Assembly: GCA_045807725.1 (NCBI GenBank)
Contig: JBJMGV010000089.1
Location: 4,787-68,786, forward strand
Direction: 5' to 3'
Source of the DNA: Blastocatellia bacterium
GTDB lineage: Bacteria > Acidobacteriota > Blastocatellia > UBA7656
DNA: 64,000 nucleotides
In this document: positions 48,418 through 57,782 of the stretch, piece by piece
Layout: each line of letters opens with the position of its first letter
Position numbering within the stretch: the stretch's first letter is position 1
Notes under the pieces: model-generated
The model's input: the letters and a program-made list of their open reading frames with translations, nothing else
Database searches by the model: none
Told to the model about the DNA's origin: nothing
Program-made: the position numbers and the translations under genes

Positions 48418-50820
48418 ATGCTTAAACTCGTCTGGCTCATTCCCGTCTTCCCGCTCCTCGGCTTTCTCGTCAATTTCATACTTGGCCGCAAGCTGCGTCT
48501 GAGCGAGCGCGTCGTCAGCCTGATCGGCTGCGGCGTCATCGCGTTGTCGCTGCTGCTCACGGTCGGCGCGTTTTATGAATACGGCACGAGCTACGCGCCG
48601 GCGCATAACAACGACCCGTATGTGACGAGCGGCGGCTTCCCGCAATCCTTCGAGTTCATACCCGGCGGGCTGGCGCATATGACGTTTGGCAAGACAGCCG
48701 GTCATCTCGCCGATTTCAAAGTCGAATGGAGCTATCAAATCGATCAGCTCTCGCTCGTGATGATGTTCGTCGTCACCTTCGTCGGATTCTGGATTCATCT
48801 ATTCGCTGTCGGGTATATGCGTGGCGACAAGGGCTTCTACAGGTTCTTCGCTTACCTGAACCTGTTTATGTTCATGATGCTCACGCTGGTGATGGCGTCG
48901 AACTTTGTCGTGATGTTCGTCGGCTGGGAAGGCGTCGGCCTCTGTTCATACTTGCTCATCGGGTATTACTTCGACCGCAAGGAGGCCGGCGATGCGTCGA
49001 AGAAAGCGTTCGTCGTCAACCGCATCGGCGACTTCGGATTTACACTGGCGATCTTCGGCGTCTTCGCTACGTTCGGCACGCTGAACTTCGCCGAGTTGCG
49101 CACGGCCATCTCGGCTTACCCGGTCGAGCAGTTGTGGGTGTGGGGCTTGATGTCGTGGATTGCGCTCGGGCTATTCATCGGCGCGACCGGCAAGAGCGCG
49201 CAGATACCGCTCTACATCTGGCTGCCTGACGCGATGGCCGGCCCGACGCCTGTGTCCGCATTGATCCACGCCGCGACGATGGTCACGGCGGGCGTCTTTA
49301 TGGTGACGCGGACGAATTACATCTTCCAGCGCTCGGTGACGATGATGATGGTCGTCGCGGTGGTCGGCTGCCTGACCGCGTTCGTCGCCGCCACCATCGG
49401 CATCACGCAGACCGACATCAAGAAAGTACTCGCCTATTCGACCGTCTCGCAGCTCGGCTACATGTTTTTAGGCGCGGGCGTCGGCGCATTCATCGCGGCA
49501 ATCTTTCACGTCTTCACGCACGCCTTCTTCAAGGCGTTGTTGTTCCTCGGCTCAGGCTCGGTGATTCACGGTATGCACCACGAGCAGGAGATGCCGCGAA
49601 TGGGCGGCTTGAAGAAATATATGCCGGTGACGTTCAAAACGATGATGGCAGGCTGGCTGGCCATCTGCGGCATCGTGCCGTTCGCGGGCTTCTTCTCGAA
49701 AGACGAGATTCTCTGGAATGCGTTCAACACGGGCCTGTTCCCCGGCTCGAAGGTCTTGTGGTTTGCGGGCCTGTTGACCGCAGGCATCACGGCGTTCTAT
49801 ATGACGCGGTTGATGTGGATGACCTTCTACGGCGAAGAACGCTTTCGCAAAATCCACGCCGGCGGCGAAGCCGATGAAGCATTCGCTTCGGCGCACGACA
49901 AGGGCTTGCGCCCGCACGACGCGATGGTGGCGTCGGCAGGCGACCGCCCGCATCATCAGCCCGGCGAACACGTCGGCGCGCACGATGCAACGGATCGGCT
50001 CGACGCGCACGGCGTCGCGCACGCTCACTTCGAGCCGCACGAATCGCCGCGCAGTATGACCTTGCCGCTCATCGTGCTCGCGGTCGGCTCGCTCGTCGTC
50101 GGCTTCGTCGGCATCCCGCACTATAGCGCCTTCGAGCGCTGGCTTGAGCCGGTGATCGCCAGAGTCGAAACCGCACCAGTTGAAAGCTCAACTTTAAGCG
50201 CGCCGCGCGCTGAATCAACATCGGCTGAACACGCGACGGCCACGCAGGCCGAAGGCGCAACGGCAACGCACGCGACCACGCAGGCCGCCGCCGAACACTC
50301 GGAAGCCGAGCACAAAGCCCTGAGCGGCATCGAGCTTGGATTGATGGCCTTGTCACTTGCGGTCGCGGCGCTCGGCATCTTTGTTGGTATTACCTTTTAC
50401 AGCAAGCGCCCGGACTTGCCGAAGCAATGGGCCGCGCGATTGAAACCGCTTTACCGGCTCAGCTTCAACAAGTGGTACTGGGACTGGCTGCTTGATGTGA
50501 AAGGCCTCGAAGGCGGCAAGGCGCTCAACAACGCACTGTGGCGCGTAGACACGAGCGTCGTTGATGGCGGCGTCAACGGCGCGGGCTGGATGACGCGAGC
50601 CGGCGCAACGATCAGCGGCTGGTGGGATAAGTGGATCGTTGACGGATTGGTGAACGCGACGGGCTGGGTGATGCGCGCCGGTTCAGCCGTCCTGCGCACG
50701 GCGCAGACCGGGTTCTGGCAGAACTACGCGCTGCTGTTCGTGCTTGGCCTCTTCCTGATCTTCATCTGGTATCTCTACCCGGCAATCCCGGTGGCGATCA
50801 AAGGATTTTTAAACAAGTAA
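48418..50820 (+). CDS. nuoL: NADH-quinone oxidoreductase subunit L (enlarged, 800 aa)
   Basis: MLKLVWLIPVFPLLGFL.., WEGVGLCSYLLIGY, and other antiporter-like subunit motifs. Has His/Asp-rich and Ala/Thr/Glu-rich inserts in the C-terminal third. Confidence 0.93.
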   Translation: MLKLVWLIPVFPLLGFLVNFILGRKLRLSERVVSLIGCGVIALSLLLTVGAFYEYGTSYAPAHNNDPYVTSGGFPQSFEFIPGGLAHMTFGKTAGHLADFKVEWSYQIDQLSLVMMFVVTFVGFWIHLFAVGYMRGDKGFYRFFAYLNLFMFMMLTLVMASNFVVMFVGWEGVGLCSYLLIGYYFDRKEAGDASKKAFVVNRIGDFGFTLAIFGVFATFGTLNFAELRTAISAYPVEQLWVWGLMSWIALGLFIGATGKSAQIPLYIWLPDAMAGPTPVSALIHAATMVTAGVFMVTRTNYIFQRSVTMMMVVAVVGCLTAFVAATIGITQTDIKKVLAYSTVSQLGYMFLGAGVGAFIAAIFHVFTHAFFKALLFLGSGSVIHGMHHEQEMPRMGGLKKYMPVTFKTMMAGWLAICGIVPFAGFFSKDEILWNAFNTGLFPGSKVLWFAGLLTAGITAFYMTRLMWMTFYGEERFRKIHAGGEADEAFASAHDKGLRPHDAMVASAGDRPHHQPGEHVGAHDATDRLDAHGVAHAHFEPHESPRSMTLPLIVLAVGSLVVGFVGIPHYSAFERWLEPVIARVETAPVESSTLSAPRAESTSAEHATATQAEGATATHATTQAAAEHSEAEHKALSGIELGLMALSLAVAALGIFVGITFYSKRPDLPKQWAARLKPLYRLSFNKWYWDWLLDVKGLEGGKALNNALWRVDTSVVDGGVNGAGWMTRAGATISGWWDKWIVDGLVNATGWVMRAGSAVLRTAQTGFWQNYALLFVLGLFLIFIWYLYPAIPVAIKGFLNK

Positions 50821-50921
50821 GCTGCGGTTTCGCCGAGCGGGCGCTACAGACTGCTGGAATGCGTCGTCGGCGAGCGTGCCTGAACGGGCAATGGATAGTT
50901 TGAAACAGGAGACGCTCTCGT

Positions 50922-52703
50922 ATGCCTGAGATCAGATTTTTCGGCATTGGCATTCTGTCGTGGGTGACGTGGCTGCCGGCAGTCGGCGCAATCATTCTGC
51001 TCTTCTTCAACAAGGTGAGGAGCGACCGCATTCGCTGGTTTGCGAATCTCTGGATCGTGGTCTGCTTTCTCATCTCCATCCCGCTCGTCACCGGCTTTCC
51101 GGGGCGCGGCGCGGGCTACGACCGCACGCTTGGCGGCCTCCAGTTCATCGAAGACTACGACTGGATTCCTTTCATCGGCGCGCGCTATCAGTTGGGCGTT
51201 GACGGCCTGGCGCTGGTGCTGGTGATGCTGACGACGCTGATCGGCGTCGTCGCGGTGATCTGTTCGTGGAACTACATACGCGACAAAGGACGCGAGAAGG
51301 AATACTACGTCATGCTGCTGCTGTTGCAGACCGGCATGCTCGGCGCGTTCGTGGCGGCTGATCTATTTCTCTTCTTCGTCTTCTGGGAAGTGATGCTGGT
51401 GCCGATGTATTTCTTAATTGGCATATGGGGCGGCAAGAACCGGCTTTACTCGGCCATCAAGTTCTTCCTCTACACGCTGGTCGGCTCGCTGGTGATGCTG
51501 CTGGCGGTGCTGAAACTCTTCTTCGTCTTCCCGACCGTCGTCGCCGCCGACCGTCCCGCCGTCGAAGCAACGGCGCGACAACTCGCCACCAATGGCGAAA
51601 CCAGCCGCTTCAACAGCGGGATGTATAACTTGATTGATAACGCGCTGGCGCGTGTGGATGGCAAAGACAAAGCCAACAACCAGCCGTTGCCGCAGGAATA
51701 CTCGCACAGCTCATTCAACATCGCCGCGCTGACGGCCATCGGCCCGCACATCAAAACCGTCTATGGCCTTAGCCTCGTCATCTGGTTGTTCGTCGGCTTC
51801 GCGCTGTCGTTCGCCATCAAAGTGCCGATGTTCCCCTTCCACACCTGGCTGCCCGACGCGCACTACGACGCGCCGACCGCCGGCTCGGTGATTCTGGCCG
51901 GCATCCTGCTGAAGATGGGAACCTATGGCTTTATGCGATTCTCTTTGCCGATCTTTCCCGACGCGGCGATGCACCCGACTGTGCGCGCGGTGATGGTCAC
52001 GCTGGCGATTATCGGCATCGTCTATGGCGCGCTGGTGGCGATGGCGCAGAAGGACGTGAAGAAGCTGATCGCTTATTCTTCAGTCTCGCACCTGGGGCTT
52101 GTGATGCTGGGTTTGTTTGCGCTGAACCCGAACGGCATCAACGGCGCGGTGATGCAGATGATCAATCACGGCATCTCGACGGGCGCGCTGTTTATGTTGG
52201 CCGGCATTCTTTACGAGCGCCGGCACACTTACGAGATCAAAGAATTCAGCGGCCTTGCGCACGTGATGCCGGTTTACGCAACGATCTTTTTGATCGTTAC
52301 GCTGTCGTCGTTAGGCTTGCCGCTGATGAACAACTTCATCGGCGAATTCCTGGCGCTGGCCGGCGCGTTCCAGGCGCGTCCATTGTGGGCAGGGTTCGGC
52401 GCTATCGGAGTCATACTGGGCGCGGCTTATATGCTGTGGCTTTACCAGCGCGTCTTCTTCGGCCAGACGACCAACGAAGCGAATCGTAACCTCGCGGACT
52501 TGAACCGCCGCGAAGCGTGGCAGTTCGCGCCGCTGATCTTCCTGATCTTCTGGATCGGCATCTACCCGAAGCCCTTGCTGTCATACATTCAGCCGCAGAC
52601 CAATGTGGTCGTGGCGCAGGTGCAGCCGGATTACTTTAAGGCCGCGCCGCCCGCCGAAAAAGTGGCCGAAGAGAAAGCGCCGTCGGCTGAATCAACGCGA
52701 TAA
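50922..52703 (+). CDS. nuoM: NADH-quinone oxidoreductase subunit M
   Basis: 593 aa; ..FFVFWEVMLVPMYFLIGIWGG.., ..PFHTWLPDAH... RBS aggaga. Confidence 0.92.
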   Translation: MPEIRFFGIGILSWVTWLPAVGAIILLFFNKVRSDRIRWFANLWIVVCFLISIPLVTGFPGRGAGYDRTLGGLQFIEDYDWIPFIGARYQLGVDGLALVLVMLTTLIGVVAVICSWNYIRDKGREKEYYVMLLLLQTGMLGAFVAADLFLFFVFWEVMLVPMYFLIGIWGGKNRLYSAIKFFLYTLVGSLVMLLAVLKLFFVFPTVVAADRPAVEATARQLATNGETSRFNSGMYNLIDNALARVDGKDKANNQPLPQEYSHSSFNIAALTAIGPHIKTVYGLSLVIWLFVGFALSFAIKVPMFPFHTWLPDAHYDAPTAGSVILAGILLKMGTYGFMRFSLPIFPDAAMHPTVRAVMVTLAIIGIVYGALVAMAQKDVKKLIAYSSVSHLGLVMLGLFALNPNGINGAVMQMINHGISTGALFMLAGILYERRHTYEIKEFSGLAHVMPVYATIFLIVTLSSLGLPLMNNFIGEFLALAGAFQARPLWAGFGAIGVILGAAYMLWLYQRVFFGQTTNEANRNLADLNRREAWQFAPLIFLIFWIGIYPKPLLSYIQPQTNVVVAQVQPDYFKAAPPAEKVAEEKAPSAESTR

Positions 52704-52726
52704 CCAAGAACTGGAAACTGCCTTTT

Positions 52727-54421
52727 ATGCTCGCACTACTTCAAGCTACGCCTGACCTTTCAGCCATCGCGCGGCAGACCGTGCAATACATCACGCCCGA
52801 AGTCATCTTGACGCTCTTCGCCTGCGGCGCGCTCGTTCTGGACGTGCTGTTGCCGCGCCAGCACAAGCGATGGGTGGCGTGGACAAGTCTCGGCGGCCTG
52901 GCCTTCTCGTTCGTCTCGCTCGGCATTCTCTATACAGACATCGTGCGCCGGGGCACGCCGCGCACGGCCTTCTTCGATATGATCGTGCTCGATAACTACG
53001 CCGTGACCTTCAAAGCCATCTTTCTTGTTGGCGCGGCGCTCTCGATCCTGCTGTCGATCAAGTACCTCGAAACCGAAGGCGAGCAGCGCGGCGAATATTA
53101 CGCGCTGATCCTCTTCTCGGTCGTTGGCATGATGTTTATGGCGTCGAGCGTTGACCTGCTGTCGCTGTTCATCTCGCTTGAATTGATGGCGGTTTCGGTC
53201 TACATCCTGGTCGGCTATCTCAGGCGCGACAAGCGGTCGAACGAAGCCTCGATGAAATACTTCCTGCTCGGCGCGTTCTCGTCGGGCGTGTTGTTGTACG
53301 GCATCTCGATGATCTATGGCTTGACCGGCACGACCAATCTGGCGAAGATCGCTGCCAATCTGCCCATCGTGGCGACGGCCAGCTTCAATCCGTTCAATAC
53401 CAGCGCCGCCGCCGATATGCGCTACCTCGTCTTGATGGCGATGATCCTGATGGCCGCCGGCATGTTCTTCAAGATCGCCGCCGTGCCTTTTCATATGTGG
53501 GCGCCCGACGCTTACGAAGGCGCGCCGACTTCGGTGACGGCCTTTATGTCCGTAGCCGTCAAAGCCGCCAGCTTTGCTATGTTCGGTCGCATCTTTCTGT
53601 ATGGCCTGCCTGACCTGCGCAATACCATGGCCGGCGACCCGACGACCGGCGCGACGGCCTTGCCGGGCTGGGCCTTGCTGCTCGGCGTTGTAGCGGCCAT
53701 TACAATTGTCTGGGGCAACCTCGCCGCCTTGACTCAGCAAAACACCAAGCGGCTGCTCGCCTACTCGTCCATCGCGCACGCGGGCTACACGCTGACGGGA
53801 CTGGTCGCCGGCAATCAGACCGGCTACACCGGCTTCATCATCTATATGGTTGTTTATACGCTGACGAACCTCGGCGTCTTCGGTTGTATCATCGCACTCA
53901 GGCGGCGCGGCATCGCCGGCGACCGAATCGAAGACTTGAACGGCTTGATGAAGAAAGCGCCTGCACTCACCGTGATGATGACGATCTTCTTACTGTCGCT
54001 CGGCGGCATACCGGCGACCGCCGGCTTCATCGGCAAGTTCTATCTCTTCGCTGGCCTGATCGAAAGCGGCAGCCCGTGGCTGGTGCGGCTGGCCATTCTC
54101 GCGGTAGTGATGAGCGTCGTGTCGCTGTATTACTACATACGCTTCATCCGCGCGATGTACATCGAAGCCGAAACCGAGCCGCAGGCCGTCGTGATGGCCG
54201 CGCCCTTGCGCGTGGCGATGGTCGCCGCCGCGTTGCTGGTCGTCTTCATCGGCGTCTACCCGCAGCCGGCCATCACCTTCACGCAACGCGCTGCCGCGAC
54301 GCCGGGCTTCCGCACCTTCGACAAGCCGCAGCCGTCAGCGAATCCGCCGGCCCCGCCCAACAATGCCCCGCGCCCCGCGCCGCCGGCAACCGGCAACCCG
54401 ACAAGCCCAGGGCCGCGATAG
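52727..54421 (+). CDS. nuoN: NADH-quinone oxidoreductase subunit N
   Basis: 564 aa; ..SLELMAVSVYILVGY.., ..VPFHMWAPDAYEGAPT..; Pro-rich C-terminal tail. Confidence 0.92.
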   Translation: MLALLQATPDLSAIARQTVQYITPEVILTLFACGALVLDVLLPRQHKRWVAWTSLGGLAFSFVSLGILYTDIVRRGTPRTAFFDMIVLDNYAVTFKAIFLVGAALSILLSIKYLETEGEQRGEYYALILFSVVGMMFMASSVDLLSLFISLELMAVSVYILVGYLRRDKRSNEASMKYFLLGAFSSGVLLYGISMIYGLTGTTNLAKIAANLPIVATASFNPFNTSAAADMRYLVLMAMILMAAGMFFKIAAVPFHMWAPDAYEGAPTSVTAFMSVAVKAASFAMFGRIFLYGLPDLRNTMAGDPTTGATALPGWALLLGVVAAITIVWGNLAALTQQNTKRLLAYSSIAHAGYTLTGLVAGNQTGYTGFIIYMVVYTLTNLGVFGCIIALRRRGIAGDRIEDLNGLMKKAPALTVMMTIFLLSLGGIPATAGFIGKFYLFAGLIESGSPWLVRLAILAVVMSVVSLYYYIRFIRAMYIEAETEPQAVVMAAPLRVAMVAAALLVVFIGVYPQPAITFTQRAAATPGFRTFDKPQPSANPPAPPNNAPRPAPPATGNPTSPGPR

Positions 54422-54448
54422 CAATTAAGCCATAGCATCAGCCAGAAC

Positions 54449-54492
54449 GCCGCCGTGATTTGCGCGATGAGCGATCACGGCGGCGCTTTTGT
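54449..54492 (+). terminator. Canonical Rho-independent terminator after nuoN
   Basis: gccgccgtgat-(14 nt)-atcacggcggc: a perfect 11-bp stem followed by gcttttgttg. Confidence 0.75.
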
Positions 54493-54532
54493 TGCTATTG
54501 CAAATCGCGCGCTTCTGTTGCTCAATAGCGAT

Positions 54533-54769
54533 ATGCCTACGAATGATGACAACGACGATGGCGGCATCAGTTGGCGCGCAGCGACGGCGACGGTCGGGTT
54601 GGCGCTGGCGATTCCTTCGATGCTCTTCGTGCCGGCGCTGGTCGGCTATTGGATAGACAGCAAGTACGGCACGTCGCCGCTGTGGCTCATCGTCGGCCTC
54701 GTCATCGGATTGGCCGGCACGGCCTTCGATGTCTACCGCCTGCTCAAGCGCCTCGGACAGCTCAAGTAG
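54533..54769 (+). CDS. AtpZ/AtpI-family small membrane protein (putative F0F1-ATPase accessory protein)
   Basis: SWRAATATVGLALAIPSMLFVPALVGYWIDSKYGTSPLWLIVGLVIGLAGTAFDVYRLL fits the two-TM G-Y-W-(L/I)-D...G...P...G...YR pattern I associate with Pfam ATPase_gene1. I chose the start at 54533 because the upstream part of the track ORF overlaps the nuoN terminator. Confidence 0.6.
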   Translation: MPTNDDNDDGGISWRAATATVGLALAIPSMLFVPALVGYWIDSKYGTSPLWLIVGLVIGLAGTAFDVYRLLKRLGQLK

Positions 54770-54861
54770 AGGCTAGGGACTAGGGGCTAGGGACTAGAGA
54801 AAGCCAGGAGCGTTGATGACTTCCGTTTCTTGCCAGCCCCTAGCCCCTAGCCTCTAGTCCC
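54767..54861. repeat. Tandem-repeat-armed hairpin H7, CTAG type (GGCTAGGG/GACTAGGG units)
   Basis: tagaggctagggactaggggctagggactagag ... ccagcccctagcccctagcctctagtccc. Starts on the TAG stop of the AtpZ-like gene. Confidence 0.9.
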
Positions 54862-54901
54862 TTGTATAGTTTCCTTTTCGTCAATCATCACAGGGGAGCG
54901 C

Positions 54902-55672
54902 ATGCTAGATTTTGCTATTCGAGTGGCGCAGGACGCGGGGCGGCTGTTGCGCGACCGCGTCGGCACGACCCTTGACATCGGTCTCAAAGGAGCCATCAAC
55001 ATTGTTACTGACGTTGATCTGGCCAGCGAACGTTTGATTCGTGAGGCCATCGCTTCGCACTATCCGCGCCATCAGGTCTTAGGCGAAGAGGGCGGGCTGG
55101 ACGATCACGGCTCGGATTATCGCTGGGTAGTCGATCCGCTCGATGGCACGACCAACTTCGCGCACGGCTTCCCGATGTTTGCCGTCTCCATCGCGCTCGA
55201 ATATAAGAGCGAGACGATTGTAGGCGTCGTCTACGACCCGATGCGCGACGAGTTGTTTGCCGCCGAAAAGGGCGCGGGCGCGACGCTCAACCGCCGCCCG
55301 CTTCGCGTCTCGCAGACGGCGGAGTTGTCGAAGAGCCTGTTGTCCACCGGCTTCCCTTACGACATCCGCACGTCGAGCCTGAACAACCTGGATCACTGGC
55401 GCAACTTTGCGATGAACGCGCAGGCGTTGCGCCGCATCGGCTCGGCGGCGCTTGATCTGTGTTATGTTGCGGCGGGCCGCTTCGACGGATTCTGGGAGCT
55501 GAACCTCGGCGCGTGGGACAGCGCCGCCGGCGCGTTGATCGTTGAAGAGGCTGGCGGGCAAGTGACCGATTTTTCCGGCGGCCCGTTTTCAAAGTACGAG
55601 CCGGAGATTTTAGCCAGCAACGGGCTGATTCATCCGCAGATGATGAACATATTAGCAATGCCGAAAGGCTGA
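54902..55672 (+). CDS. Inositol monophosphatase family protein (SuhB-like)
   Basis: 256 aa; GEEGG, WVVDPLDGTTNFAHG, AAGRFDGFWE. Confidence 0.88.
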   Translation: MLDFAIRVAQDAGRLLRDRVGTTLDIGLKGAINIVTDVDLASERLIREAIASHYPRHQVLGEEGGLDDHGSDYRWVVDPLDGTTNFAHGFPMFAVSIALEYKSETIVGVVYDPMRDELFAAEKGAGATLNRRPLRVSQTAELSKSLLSTGFPYDIRTSSLNNLDHWRNFAMNAQALRRIGSAALDLCYVAAGRFDGFWELNLGAWDSAAGALIVEEAGGQVTDFSGGPFSKYEPEILASNGLIHPQMMNILAMPKG

Positions 55673-55683
55673 ACGGTGATTGG

Positions 55684-55749
55684 CCACAGAGGCACAAAGA
55701 CACAGAGGAAAATAATCTAAAAGCTCTGTGTCTCTGTGCCTCTGTGGCA
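55684..55749. repeat. Tandem-repeat-armed hairpin H8 (CACAGAG-type octamers)
   Basis: gccacagaggcacaaagacacagag-gaaaataatctaaaag-ctctgtgtctctgtgcctctgtggc: 24/25 complementary. Lies between the IMPase stop (55672) and the thrB ATG (55761). Confidence 0.92.
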
Positions 55750-55760
55750 ATTCTGGGCGC

Positions 55761-56693
55761 ATGCGAACTGAGATTACCATTCCCGCTTCGACTTCAAATC
55801 TGGGCGCGAGCTTTGATGCGGTCGGGCTGGCGCTGGCGCTTTATCTGCGCGTCGCGGTCGAAGCCGCCGCAGAGCATTTTGTAATCAATCCCACAGGCGA
55901 AGGCGCAGAGACGATTGAGCGCGGCGAAGCGAATTTGATTGCTCGTGTTGCTCGCTTTGTCGCCGAACGTCGCGGGCGCGCAATCAGCGGCGCGCGTTTG
56001 TCTGTCACCAGCGAGATTCCGCTGGCGCGAGGACTCGGCAGCAGCAGCTCGGCCATCATCGCCGGCATATCGGTCTACGAAGCGCTCGCCGGCGAACGCT
56101 TGAACGAGGAAGAAATCTTCCGCTACGCGCTGCACTTTGAAGGGCACGGCGACAATCTCGCGCCGAGCTTACTAGGCGGGCTGGTCGTCGCCTGCGTTGT
56201 TGAAGGTGACGAAGACCAATCGCTCGTTACCATCAAACGCGCGTGGCCTGACGATGTGAAGATCGTGCTGGCCGTGCCCGATTACGAGATGAACACCGCC
56301 GAGATGCGCCGCGCCTTGCCGCAACAAATCGCGCTCGCTGACGCCGTGTTCAACGTGCAGCGCGCCGCGCTGTTGCAAGCCGCAATTACGGAGCGGCGCT
56401 TTGAATTGTTGAGCGAAGCCTTGCGCGACCGCCTGCATCAGCCGCACCGCGCGCCTTACGGGCCGGGCTTGAGCGAGGTGTTAGAGTTGAACAACGAGAC
56501 GCGCCAACATCCCGGCTTGCTCGGCGTTGCCATCAGCGGCGCGGGTTCAACCGTCATCGCCTTTGCCAATGATCGCTTCGCCGAGATTGCCGCCTTGCTC
56601 GCCACAAGGATGGCGCGTGTGGGTGTGCGCGCCCGCACCTTCGCCGTTGCGGTTGACAATCGCGGGCGCATCGTTAAGAGTTTCGATTCGTGA
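55761..56693 (+). CDS. thrB: Homoserine kinase
   Basis: ATG 55761 ([19 protein letters not shown]..); GHMP motif [13 protein letters not shown]; [14 protein letters not shown]. The track start at 55728 lies inside hairpin H8. Confidence 0.85.
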   Translation: MRTEITIPASTSNLGASFDAVGLALALYLRVAVEAAAEHFVINPTGEGAETIERGEANLIARVARFVAERRGRAISGARLSVTSEIPLARGLGSSSSAIIAGISVYEALAGERLNEEEIFRYALHFEGHGDNLAPSLLGGLVVACVVEGDEDQSLVTIKRAWPDDVKIVLAVPDYEMNTAEMRRALPQQIALADAVFNVQRAALLQAAITERRFELLSEALRDRLHQPHRAPYGPGLSEVLELNNETRQHPGLLGVAISGAGSTVIAFANDRFAEIAALLATRMARVGVRARTFAVAVDNRGRIVKSFDS

Positions 56694-56789
56694 GTCGTGA
56701 GTTTTGAAAAGCAGTAGCCCCTCACCTCGCTCTGCTCGTTTAAGCTGGAAGTTCAACACCGCTCAAGCTGTTTTCAGTGAGGTTCATCC

Positions 56790-57782
56790 GTGCGCATTCG
56801 TGTCTTCATTCTTCTGTCGTTGCTCGCTCTGTACTCGGTCGCATGCAGAGGCGTCGCCGTGCGCGAACACGTTGCCGGCGTTGCCGCCGATCAACCGTCT
56901 GAACAAACACCAGCCGCGCCGCAGGTCAGCGGCGAATTTCAACCGGCCCTCGCGCAACTGGCGGCGGAAGGCTTGCGCTTGAAAGAGGCCAGGGAGGCCA
57001 GTTTGGAGGCCGGCGCGCGTCACCTGGCGGCGACCTTCGAGCGCGCGGGCGCGAAAGACTCCGCGCAGCGTTACGAGTTCCGCATCCTTGAAAGCGATGG
57101 CCGCGCGGCACGTACCATCTTTCGCCGCACAGACTTTTTCTTCTCTTTCGCGGCGACCGGCGAGTTGCAGGAGCTGAACGGCACGGACATCAACGGCGAC
57201 GGCCTTAAAGAGATCATCGTGCAGAGTTCGAGCGGCGGCAATTGCTGGAGCTGTAATCCGACAGAGGTCTATCAAGTCCGCAATCATAGAGGCGAGCTGA
57301 TCGCTGCCGGCCCGATTCAGCACGTCGCCGACCTGGATGGCGACGGCACGCGCGAATTGATCGTCGCCGACACGCGCTGGGAATCTTACGACGACCTTTC
57401 GCACGCCGCTTCGCCGACCGCGTTGATGGTCTACGCGTGGCGCGGCGGGCGCTACGTTTACGCGTCGAAAGATTTCGCCGACTTCTATCGTGGCGAGATC
57501 AATCGCCTGCGCTCGGCGATTGACGAAGCGAAGGCCGACATCACGGCTGAAGACTTTTCCGACGAAGCTTATGTCGGGATGTCGCTGGCGCTGGCGATCA
57601 CCTACGCGCACGCAGGCCAAACCGAGCGCGGCATCAAAGAGCTTGAAACGTTATTCAACGCCAACGCGCTTTCCGCCGCGCAGACGAAACACCGCGCTCA
57701 GATGCTCGAAGATTTTCGCAACGGTGAAAGCGCCAAGAAGCTGCGCGAGATGAAAGCGGGCAATGCGATGCCGATCAGTTAA
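56790..57782 (+). CDS. Lipoprotein with FG-GAP/VCBS-like DxDGDG motifs (unknown function)
   Basis: GTG start; MRIRVFILLSLLALYSVAC lipobox; TDINGDGLKEIIV and ADLDGDGTRELIV. Confidence 0.6.
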   Translation: MRIRVFILLSLLALYSVACRGVAVREHVAGVAADQPSEQTPAAPQVSGEFQPALAQLAAEGLRLKEAREASLEAGARHLAATFERAGAKDSAQRYEFRILESDGRAARTIFRRTDFFFSFAATGELQELNGTDINGDGLKEIIVQSSSGGNCWSCNPTEVYQVRNHRGELIAAGPIQHVADLDGDGTRELIVADTRWESYDDLSHAASPTALMVYAWRGGRYVYASKDFADFYRGEINRLRSAIDEAKADITAEDFSDEAYVGMSLALAITYAHAGQTERGIKELETLFNANALSAAQTKHRAQMLEDFRNGESAKKLREMKAGNAMPIS

